Shown: positions 18,459 through 25,956 of the stretch, piece after piece
Layout of the letters: every line of letters starts with the position of its first letter
Numbering within the stretch: the stretch's first letter is position 1
NCBI GenBank assembly: GCA_027448785.1
Contig: DAIDMW010000002.1
Span: 7,252-71,251, forward strand
DNA length: 64,000 bases
DNA from: Candidatus Colwellbacteria bacterium
Lineage (GTDB): Bacteria > Patescibacteriota > Minisyncoccia > UBA6257 > Colwellbacteraceae
Direction: 5' to 3'
Made by a program: the position numbers and the translations under genes
Notes under the pieces: model-generated
Told to the model about the DNA's origin: nothing
Databases searched by the model: none
What the model saw: the letters and a program-made list of their open reading frames with translations, nothing else

Positions 18459-20410
18459 CGGATGGCAAAACTGAACTTTCTCTTTAATTGGTTTATGATC
18501 GACGCTGCCTCCCTTTCCGCCTCCTCATCGCGCAACGTTTTATCCCATGCCTGAAAAACCAGGCGCAGGGTGAAGCGACGCTGGTCGTAATAGTCCGTGA
18601 CGTCGACGTCCCAAAGGTGCTCGGCCTTCGCGCGGTTTATCTCCTCCAATACGTCCCCCACGGGAACCGCGCTGTCGAATTCCAAAGAAAGGTCGCGGCT
18701 GATGGACGGATATTTAGGCAGCGCTCGGTATTCAAATTCCTCCGACGAGGCGTTTTTTATTTCTTCCAAATCCAGCTCCGCTACGGCGCGGCGGTCCCTG
18801 CCGTCAACCACACCGATGCGGCCGACGACGTTGTGGTCGATCTCAATCAAGGTCGATTCGCTCCCCGATGGGCGGAAAAATATTTCCGTTATCCCGAAGC
18901 TTAATAAAAGCTGGTTGACCACTCCTTTCAACGCGGGCGAAGCCGCCTTATCCTTGGAGCCGAAGCCGATCGTTAAATGAAAGCGCTCTCCGGCTGCACT
19001 AAAGACTTTTCCAACCTCGAAAATGCGCAGCTCGTCGAAGTGCCGAGAGTTGTCTTGCAGCGCCGCAAGCATGTAACTGGTCAGCTCTCCCCGCAAGTAT
19101 TTTTTGTCGCTGGCAATCGGGTTTTGGATCTCCAACAAGGTTTTCTCTTTCGGCGAAGAAGACCAGATCCAATCCGACGACGACCGGCCGAAAAAGGAAT
19201 AGGAATAGATTTCGCTGAACCCCAGATTGCGCAGGAAATCCCTGGTTCTCCTTTTGGCCACCAGTATATCGTCGGTTTCCGCGGGTTTCAGGGAGACGTG
19301 CGGGGGCCGCGACGGTATATTGTCGTACCCGTAGATGCGTCCCACTTCTTCGATCAGATCCTCCATTGTCTGCAGATCGCGGCGGAGAACCGGAGTCTGA
19401 ACGAGGAAGTCAAAGCGCTTGTTTTTGGATGTTAAAATCGCCATTCCCAGCTTCTTCAGTATCGCCGCCGCTTCATTCTTCCTAATGGAAACTCCGAGAA
19501 CGCTTGCCGCTTTTTCGGCGCTGAAGCCGATTATCTCGCTCTTGGCCGCCCTCGGATAATAATCGAGCGAGTCGATCACCTTCCCGCCGGCCAGCTCCTT
19601 TACCAAGTAAGCCGCGCGATTGGCGCAGTACTCCGCCAGCTCCGGACTGAGATCTCTCGAAAAGCGCGCCGAAGCATCGGTTACAAGGTTTAATCGTCTG
19701 GAAGTGGAATAAACCGACGGAGCCAGGAAGTTCGCCGATTCGATGACGATTTTTCTTGTCGAAGAGTCGATCTCCGCCTTTCTTCCCCCTTTTATTCCGG
19801 CAATCGCCAAAATTCCGTCTTTGTCGGCTATTACCAGATCGCCGGCGGACAGCTGGTATGTTTTTCCGTCCAAAGCTTCCATTCTTTCCCCGGCCTTGGC
19901 GCGGCGGACAATTATTTTTTTACTTTTGCCTTCTCCGGCAATTTTGTCGTAATCGAACGCATGCAGAGGCTGGCCGGTTTCGAGCATCGCGTAATTCATT
20001 ATATCGACGATCAAGCTGATCGGTCGCAAACCGCAAGTCTCCAGCCGCTTTTTCAGCCAAGCCGGAGAAGCCGATTTTTTTTCAAGAGAAAGAAGGACGG
20101 CGTCATACCTTGAGCAAAGCCCGGGATCCTCCACCTTAATCAAAAGGAGGTTGTTTCCGGATGGCACGTTGACCGCGCGGCCGAAACCGGCCGGAAGCGA
20201 AATCTTTATGTCAAAAATAGCCGACGCTTCCTTGGCTATGCCCCAGTGCGAAGCGGCATCGGCGTAGCGATTGGCCGGCAAAGAAATATCCAGGGCGTCT
20301 CCCTCCAATACCTCTGCCTCGAACGCCTTCAAATTAAGCTCTTCGACCAGTCTTTTTTTCGGCGGAAGCTGCGGTGCGAATTCTTTTAATAAAGAGTAGC
20401 TGAACTTCAT
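18455..20410 (-). CDS. pheT: Phenylalanine--tRNA ligase beta subunit (lacks the B2 OB insert)
   Basis: MKFSYSLL, NRYD-like ANRYAD, ETGQPLHAFD, DLIEEVGRIYGY, KYPSISRDLS FDX-ACB domain. Confidence 0.94.
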   Translation of the reverse strand: MKFSYSLLKEFAPQLPPKKRLVEELNLKAFEAEVLEGDALDISLPANRYADAASHWGIAKEASAIFDIKISLPAGFGRAVNVPSGNNLLLIKVEDPGLCSRYDAVLLSLEKKSASPAWLKKRLETCGLRPISLIVDIMNYAMLETGQPLHAFDYDKIAGEGKSKKIIVRRAKAGERMEALDGKTYQLSAGDLVIADKDGILAIAGIKGGRKAEIDSSTRKIVIESANFLAPSVYSTSRRLNLVTDASARFSRDLSPELAEYCANRAAYLVKELAGGKVIDSLDYYPRAAKSEIIGFSAEKAASVLGVSIRKNEAAAILKKLGMAILTSKNKRFDFLVQTPVLRRDLQTMEDLIEEVGRIYGYDNIPSRPPHVSLKPAETDDILVAKRRTRDFLRNLGFSEIYSYSFFGRSSSDWIWSSSPKEKTLLEIQNPIASDKKYLRGELTSYMLAALQDNSRHFDELRIFEVGKVFSAAGERFHLTIGFGSKDKAASPALKGVVNQLLLSFGITEIFFRPSGSESTLIEIDHNVVGRIGVVDGRDRRAVAELDLEEIKNASSEEFEYRALPKYPSISRDLSLEFDSAVPVGDVLEEINRAKAEHLWDVDVTDYYDQRRFTLRLVFQAWDKTLRDEEAEREAASIINQLKRKFSFAIR

Positions 20411-20413
20411 GTT

Positions 20414-21448
20414 TTAAAACTGGTTTATGATTCGCAGATCGTCGGAATAAAACAGTCTGATGTCCGGGATCTTGTATTTAAGCATAGCCAATCTTTCCAA
20501 GCCCACTCCGAAAGCGAATCCTTGCCATTCTTCTGGGTTGTATCCTGCAGCTTCGAAGACTTTCGGGTTGACCATCCCCGCCCCCATCACCTCCAACCAC
20601 TCGGATTTGCGGCTCTCGGCAATCGCCCGCAGGCTCTCGCTTTGTTTGCCTTTCCCTCCGACCAAGCGAACGTCGACTTCCAAGCTCGGCTCGGTGAACG
20701 GGAAGTAGCTGGGGCGGAACCTAAACTCGGTTTTCGGGCCGAACATTTTTTTCAAGAACTCCTCGATGACATACTTGAAATTAGCCAGGCCGATATCGCG
20801 TCCAACCATAAGCCCTTCCACTTGGTAAAAGTTGATTTCGTGGGAAGCGTCGGTCGCCTCGTAGCGGAAAACGCGGCCCGGGACGATTATCTGCAAGGGC
20901 GGAGTGTGCGTCTCCATGTAGCGAACCTGCATTGGACTGGTATGTGTGCGCAAAAGTTTGCGCGATCCTGAATCCTTTCCTCCCTTCAGCCAGAAGGTGT
21001 CCCACATCTCGCGCGCGGGATGGTTGGCGGGAATATTCAGGACGTCGAAATTATAATGCTCGGTCTCAACCTCCGGGCCGTCGATCACCGAAAAATTCAT
21101 CGAGGTAAAGATATCCACCACCTCCTTCTCCATCAACGTCAGCGGGTGCAGATGTCCGAAGGCGTGGCGGGCGCCCGGCCTGGTCAGATCAACCATCGCC
21201 TCCTCTTTAGAAGAAGCCAGCTCCTTTTCCTTGGACGCCATCATCTCTTCAATTTCTCGGCGCGCTTGCTGCAGCTCGGGAGCCGCTATTTTTCTCTCCT
21301 CAAGCGGAAGATCCTTCATCCCGCGCAGCATTAGCGCCAGTTCGCTTTTCCTGCCAACGTATTTGATACGCACGGCTTCCAGCTCTTTCAGATTATTGCA
21401 CGCTTCTATATCGATATATGCCTCCTGCTTGAGGGTTTCCGGATTCAT
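20414..21448 (-). CDS. pheS: Phenylalanine--tRNA ligase alpha subunit
   Basis: HPAREMWDTF, LLRTHTSPMQ, FRPSYFPFTEPS, GFAFGVGLERLAM. Confidence 0.97.
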   Translation of the reverse strand: MNPETLKQEAYIDIEACNNLKELEAVRIKYVGRKSELALMLRGMKDLPLEERKIAAPELQQARREIEEMMASKEKELASSKEEAMVDLTRPGARHAFGHLHPLTLMEKEVVDIFTSMNFSVIDGPEVETEHYNFDVLNIPANHPAREMWDTFWLKGGKDSGSRKLLRTHTSPMQVRYMETHTPPLQIIVPGRVFRYEATDASHEINFYQVEGLMVGRDIGLANFKYVIEEFLKKMFGPKTEFRFRPSYFPFTEPSLEVDVRLVGGKGKQSESLRAIAESRKSEWLEVMGAGMVNPKVFEAAGYNPEEWQGFAFGVGLERLAMLKYKIPDIRLFYSDDLRIINQF

Positions 21449-21525
21449 ATTCTAAGTATCGATTAAAAAAAATTTTTTGACAATAAGCGATTTTAAATAT
21501 AAACTGGAGGAGTTCCAAAAGACGC

Positions 21526-21596
21526 CGCGGGGTGGAGGAACGGTACCTCGTGAGGCCCATAACCTCAAGGAGCGGGTTCAATTCCCGCCCCCGCAA
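21526..21596 (+). tRNA. Initiator tRNA-fMet(CAT)
   Basis: CGCGGGG/CCCCGCA acceptor with the C1:A72 mismatch, anticodon arm TGAGG-CCCATAA-CCTCA. Confidence 0.88.
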
Positions 21597-21597
21597 C

Positions 21598-21665
21598 AAA
21601 AAAAGCGCAAAACGAAAAGCGCAAAGCTTAAAACAAGATTTTTCAATTTTCGCTCTTTTGAGCTC
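21598..21665. repeat. Heptamer palindromic element, copy 4 (short)
   Basis: AAAAGCGCAAAACGAAAAGCGCAAAGCTTAAAAC...TTTTCGCTCTTTTGAGC directly after the tRNA-fMet 3' end. Confidence 0.7.
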
Positions 21666-21737
21666 GCCGGCCTAGAAGCGCATCTATGGTAATTTCAGTT
21701 GAAAAAGAGGTTATGATTACGTATATTGTATTAGCCG

Positions 21738-21813
21738 GTCAGGGTAGCTCAGTTGGCAGAGCGAGGGAGTCATAACCCCTAGGTCGTGGGTTCGAGCCCC
21801 ACCCCTGGCACCA
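21738..21813 (+). tRNA. tRNA-CAT (elongator Met or Ile2)
   Basis: GTCAGGG/CCCTGGC acceptor, AGGGA-GTCATAA-CCCCT anticodon arm, encoded CCA. Met versus Ile2 cannot be resolved by eye. Confidence 0.85.
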
Positions 21814-22011
21814 AAACAAAACGGCACGCGTCTGTAAGATGCGTGTTGTTTTGTTTTTTATGGCAGTTGGCTCGAACCAGGAAGGTGTCGGGAAACCGGG
21901 AGGTTTCCTGTGGCGGAACACACAAACCGAGGGGTTTGTGGGAGTCCGCCGTCCGCCAACTAGCGGAGGCGGACGACGAGACGACTTCGAGCCCCACCCC
22001 TGGCACCAAAA
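21814..22011 (+). mobile_element. tRNA-anchored structured mini-element ending in a duplicated tRNA 3' end
   Basis: 26-bp direct repeat TTCGAGCCCCACCCCTGGCACCAAAA at 21791-21816 and 21986-22011, enclosing several hairpins and no credible ORF. Confidence 0.65.
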
Positions 22012-22207
22012 AGCGCAAAGCTTAAAGCGCGAAATGCAAAATAACGAAAGCTCGAAATCATAATATCGAAATACGAAACAAATTCGAAATTACAAATTTT
22101 AAATCACAAACCCGTTTGTGTTTAGGATTTCGAATTTCGTGCTTCGAATTTGCCTAGCTGCTAGCCGTTGTTTTTAGCTTTTAGTTTTTAGTTTTGCGTT
22201 TTTCGCT
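22009..22207. repeat. Heptamer palindromic element, copy 5 (with complete AAATxCG inner module)
   Basis: Near-identical, in inverted orientation, to the element at 60658-60875. Confidence 0.88.
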
Positions 22208-22234
22208 GATTGTCCTATAATTGCCTTTGATCAA

Positions 22235-22309
22235 GCGGGCGTAGCTTAGCTGGCCTAAAGCGCTTCCCTGTCACGGAAGAGATCGCCGGTTCGAGTCCGG
22301 TCGCCCGCG
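22235..22309 (+). tRNA. tRNA-Asp(GTC)
   Basis: GCGGGCG/CGCCCGC acceptor, CTTCC-CTGTCAC-GGAAG. Confidence 0.95.
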
Positions 22310-22501
22310 CAGCAATACCGGATAGGGCAACATTCTAAGTCCTGTGACGATCGTCACAAAATTTAAAATTTTTAAAGAATAAGAACGGAAATTATCCTTC
22401 TCCGCTCCTTTAGCTTATCAACAGCTGGCACTTGCTTTTATAGATGTTAGCGGTAAACTTAAGAACAGATTCTCCATAAGATTTTTTGTCGGCGGAGAGA
22501 A

Positions 22502-22538
22502 AAAAAGAAAAGCCATTGTGAGGATGGCTTTTCTTTTT
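22502..22538. terminator. Bidirectional intrinsic terminator downstream of gatA
   Basis: AAAAAGAAAAGCCAT-TGTGAGG-ATGGCTTTTCTTTTT. Confidence 0.7.
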
Positions 22539-22549
22539 ATTCCGCCAGG

Positions 22550-24001
22550 CTATAGCCTTTCGTAAAGGCGGCCTATGTCCAGAATATCCTTTTCCCGCCA
22601 GTGCTTGCCCATCAACTGGAAAGCAATCGGAAGTTTTCCTTCGCGCCCTCGCGCCGGGATCGAAATAGCTGGCAGCCCCGCTAAGTTGGCGGGGATAGTA
22701 AAGATATCCGAAAGATACATTTGCAAAGGGTCGCTAGCCTTCTCCCCTATCCTGAAAGCCGGCGTAGGCGTGACCGGAGTGAGCACCACGTCCACTTCTT
22801 TAAATGCCTCGTCAAAATCTTTCTTGATCAGACTGCGCGCTTTTTGCGCCTTGAGATAATAGGCGTCGTAATATCCGGCGGATAAGGCAAAAGTTCCAAG
22901 CAAAACCCTTCTTTTGGTCTCCGGCCCGAATCCGTAGCTGCGGTTATGCAAATAAAGATCCAGTAAACTCCGGCGTCCTGCGCGGGGCGGCGGCGAGTAG
23001 CGGAGGCCGTCATAGCGGGCCAGGTTCGTGCTAACCTCAGCCGGCATTATCAAATAATAAACAGCCACCGCATACTTAGTGTGCGGCAGAGAAATATTTT
23101 TAAAATTTATTTTGAGAGACTTTAAGTCCTCGACAACCTTCTCCATCTCCCGCCGAACTTCCGGATCCAATCCTTCGCCGAAATATTCGTCGGGAATGCC
23201 TATTTTTAATCCCCGTATCCTTTCCAAGTCGGGAACCGCGGTCAAATCGGAATAGTCGACATCGACGCTCGTCGAATCTTTCGGATCGATTCCGGCTATT
23301 GCTTGGAAAAGCATGGCCGCATCTTCGGCATTCTTGGCGATCGGACCTATTTGATCCAAAGAAGAAGCCATGGCGATAGCTCCGAATCTGGAAACGGCTC
23401 CGTATGTAGGCTTCAACCCGACCACTCCGCAGAAAGCCGCGGGCTCCCGGACCGAGCCGCCAGTGTCCGTGCCTAAAGCTCCGATAGCCAGATGCGCGGC
23501 AACCGCCGCCGCCGAGCCGCCGGACGAACCGCCAGCTACCCTTTCCAAATCGTGGGGATTGCGGGTAACGCCGAAAGCCGAGTTCTCGGTAGAGGAACCC
23601 ATTGCGAACTCATCCAAATTAGTCTTGCCTATAAAGATGGCTCCGTGTTTTTTCAACTTTGAAATCACCTCCGCGTCATAAGGTGCGTGATAGTTTTCCA
23701 AAATTTTCGAGGCGGCGGTGGCCGGCAATCCTTCGATCAAGATGTTGTCTTTTATAGCCAGCGGCACGCCGGCTAAAACTCCGGGGTCGTCTCCTTCCGC
23801 CAACCTAACATCAATCTTCGAGGCGGCTTCAAGAGCCTGATCGCGATGCAGGCTTAAGAAAGCATTCAGCTCCAAATTCTTCTCCTCGGCGAAATCAAAG
23901 AAAGACTTAGTAATTTCAAACGCGGAAAACGACTTGTTGAATAAGCCATCGCGGAGACTTTTAATTGTAAGATCTCTCAGGTTAAGCATTGCTTTCGCCA
24001 A
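22550..24001 (-). CDS. gatA: Asp/Glu-tRNA amidotransferase subunit A
   Basis: GKTNLDEFAMGSSTENS, GGSSGGSAAAV, GTDTGGSVREPA, NLARYDG. Confidence 0.96.
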   Translation of the reverse strand: MAKAMLNLRDLTIKSLRDGLFNKSFSAFEITKSFFDFAEEKNLELNAFLSLHRDQALEAASKIDVRLAEGDDPGVLAGVPLAIKDNILIEGLPATAASKILENYHAPYDAEVISKLKKHGAIFIGKTNLDEFAMGSSTENSAFGVTRNPHDLERVAGGSSGGSAAAVAAHLAIGALGTDTGGSVREPAAFCGVVGLKPTYGAVSRFGAIAMASSLDQIGPIAKNAEDAAMLFQAIAGIDPKDSTSVDVDYSDLTAVPDLERIRGLKIGIPDEYFGEGLDPEVRREMEKVVEDLKSLKINFKNISLPHTKYAVAVYYLIMPAEVSTNLARYDGLRYSPPPRAGRRSLLDLYLHNRSYGFGPETKRRVLLGTFALSAGYYDAYYLKAQKARSLIKKDFDEAFKEVDVVLTPVTPTPAFRIGEKASDPLQMYLSDIFTIPANLAGLPAISIPARGREGKLPIAFQLMGKHWREKDILDIGRLYERL

Positions 24002-24275
24002 AAACCGGAGGCGTCTTCAGTGACTCCCCTTCTTCTGAGGAAAAACCCTCGCGCCCCAGCCCTTGGTATGACCAGCCGGCGGCATCGTCCCGGAAGCGGT
24101 TAACCAAGCTGGTTCCGCCGGACATCGGCTCAACCACTTCGGTTTTTAGCTCGTTTAGAACCTCAAAATAGCCGATTATCTCGCGCATACTGTCCAGCAA
24201 ACTAGCCTCTTCCCCTTCCAGTGAGACTCGAGCCAGTTCTGAAAGCTTTCTAATGTCGCTTTCCTTTAATTCCAT
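23982..24275 (-). CDS. gatC: Asp/Glu-tRNA amidotransferase subunit C
   Basis: IRKLSELARV...IIGYFEVLNEL...NRFRDD. Upstream of gatA. Confidence 0.88.
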   Translation of the reverse strand: MELKESDIRKLSELARVSLEGEEASLLDSMREIIGYFEVLNELKTEVVEPMSGGTSLVNRFRDDAAGWSYQGLGREGFSSEEGESLKTPPVFGESNA

Positions 24276-24328
24276 ATTCGCATCTTAGCACATCGCCAAG
24301 CCTTCCGGAACAGACGAGTTTAAAATAA

Positions 24329-24361
24329 AAGCGGCTTTCCTTATTTCAAGAAAAGCCGCTT
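24329..24361 (-). terminator. Probable intrinsic terminator of the 24402-24923 gene
   Basis: AAGCGGCTTT...AAAGCCGCTT inverted repeat with a T-rich tail on the minus strand. Confidence 0.55.
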
Positions 24362-24401
24362 AGGACGATTGTTTTCCGACAGTGGAAGCAGGTTTCACAC
24401 T

Positions 24402-24923
24402 CTACCGCCTGCCCTTCGACTTGTATGAGCGTTGAGGTTGAGTTGAACGAGCAGCTCGCTGCCCAGCCAGAGGGAAGAGTTTGGTGATGGTTTCCGTGAG
24501 TTCGCTCGTCTCCTTGCTGGTAAAGCGCCTGATGGACTCGGAATCCCACTTGGGCTCGATCTGATCAAACCAGCTCGACACGCTCTCTTCCGAGACCGCT
24601 ACTCCCAAGTGACGTCCGATCCAGTACGGGACGAAGACCACCAGGTATTCAAAGATGTCCCCCGCCTTGTCGCCGGAGTAAGACGCCTGGAAGCCCGAGA
24701 GCTTCGAGGCCAAGATGACTCTCAACCCCTCCCAGCGATCGGAGACCGCCGAGTTGCCGAAAGAGTCGATTGCCGGACGCAGTCGGCGCTCTAGCCGCTC
24801 GATCCAGAATGCGATTCCGGTCTCGTGGTCCGAGTCCCGCATCTTTGCCCCCTCCTTACGTAAGAGCAGCGGGTATCTGTCGGTAAACGCGAATGGTTGA
24901 TGCTGAAGGGCCATTTTTCCCAA
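24402..24923 (-). CDS. Hypothetical protein (start uncertain)
   Basis: 173-aa ORF with no recognisable motif, followed by a terminator. Confidence 0.5.
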   Translation of the reverse strand: MGKMALQHQPFAFTDRYPLLLRKEGAKMRDSDHETGIAFWIERLERRLRPAIDSFGNSAVSDRWEGLRVILASKLSGFQASYSGDKAGDIFEYLVVFVPYWIGRHLGVAVSEESVSSWFDQIEPKWDSESIRRFTSKETSELTETITKLFPLAGQRAARSTQPQRSYKSKGRR

Positions 24924-25070
24924 GCCTCCTTTGGCTCAGATTGGACTTACATTGTATCACAGATTCGCGGACTGTGAAGTGGCCGCCTTCGACGCGACTA
25001 AGGGATTCTTCTCTGCTATTTCCGTATATCCTCGCCGCTTGTGGCGAGGTATCAACTTACAGTAATCCTT

Positions 25071-25155
25071 CGCCGCGGCTCAGGATATTTTCGGCATATC
25101 CCCGCCGCGGCTCAGGATATTTTCGGCATATCCCCGCCGCGGCTCAGGATATTTT
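25071..25155. repeat. 32-bp tandem repeat, about 2.7 copies (REP-like)
   Basis: CGCCGCGGCTCAGGATATTTTCGGCATATCCC starting at 25071, 25103 and 25135 (last partial). Confidence 0.9.
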
Positions 25156-25236
25156 TATCTATTATTTCCACTTGCGACGATGTATTGCAGATAAAAATAA
25201 AAAGGAGCCTCTCAGAGAGAGACTCCAGCCGAAAAA

Positions 25237-25875
25237 CTACTTGCACGGAATCGAACTCGGAACTCCCGTGGGAGCGGATTGCAAAATCCGAATCGCGATC
25301 GACTTGACCCCCCACTGCAAGGCGTCACCAGTAGTGGGAAACCAAATGTCGATTCTCCACCCCTTAATAGCTCCTCCGGTATCTTCCGCGTGGAAAATCA
25401 CTCCGGGGAACTGCGGGATCTCGACGTAAGATCCCAAAGGGATAAAGTTCGGATCAACAGCAATCTCACCCCAACGAGGTTGGGTCATCGTCGCTGTACA
25501 AGCGCCGGCAACTGAGGAATATCCTGTAGCTAGAACCTGGACGGTTCTGGACACGGGATATTCTGCCTGCACACTCTCCAGGGGTCTCGAGTTTGTTGCG
25601 GAATCTTCATCCGCTACTACGTGAGTCCGCTCCACCGAGACGATACGTCGAAAAGCGTTTTCGCGTAGGTCCGCGATAGCCTTTGATTGCATCGCGTGCG
25701 CGATTTTTACGATCGACTGATTTCCGACCGAAACTCGTGTCGTCTTCGGTCTGGAACCGAAACTGGAACCGGAAACAGAAGTCAGACCAATCGCCGCGGC
25801 GGCAATCAATCCAACGACTGCGCCGAGCTGCTTAATCCCCTTCTTCACTCGGGTTACCTCCTTGGCCCATGCCAA
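25237..25875 (-). CDS. Exported 3D-domain (lytic transglycosylase-like) protein
   Basis: Signal/TM segment, ATGYSS, IAVDPNFIPLGS, AEDTGGAIKGWRIDIW, WGVK. Confidence 0.88.
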   Translation of the reverse strand: MAWAKEVTRVKKGIKQLGAVVGLIAAAAIGLTSVSGSSFGSRPKTTRVSVGNQSIVKIAHAMQSKAIADLRENAFRRIVSVERTHVVADEDSATNSRPLESVQAEYPVSRTVQVLATGYSSVAGACTATMTQPRWGEIAVDPNFIPLGSYVEIPQFPGVIFHAEDTGGAIKGWRIDIWFPTTGDALQWGVKSIAIRILQSAPTGVPSSIPCK

Positions 25876-25895
25876 ACTATTAAGGAACTAGAATC

Positions 25896-25924
25896 CTTAT
25901 AGCAGCAAAAAACCGCTTTGTCAA
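25896..25924 (-). promoter_or_regulatory. sigma70 promoter of the 3D-domain gene
   Basis: TTGACA-17 bp-TATAAG, embedded in the ligA terminator-like hairpin. Confidence 0.55.
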
Positions 25925-25956
25925 GTGCCGGAGCGGGTTTTTCGGCTTTTAGCCGC

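Noticed and set aside
21739-22063. Four short ORFs over the tRNA-CAT region
   Set aside because: They overlap a tRNA and the structured mini-element and have no protein-like features.
25071-25155. Possible mini CRISPR array
   Set aside because: Units are head-to-tail identical with no unique spacers, and there are no cas genes in the window.
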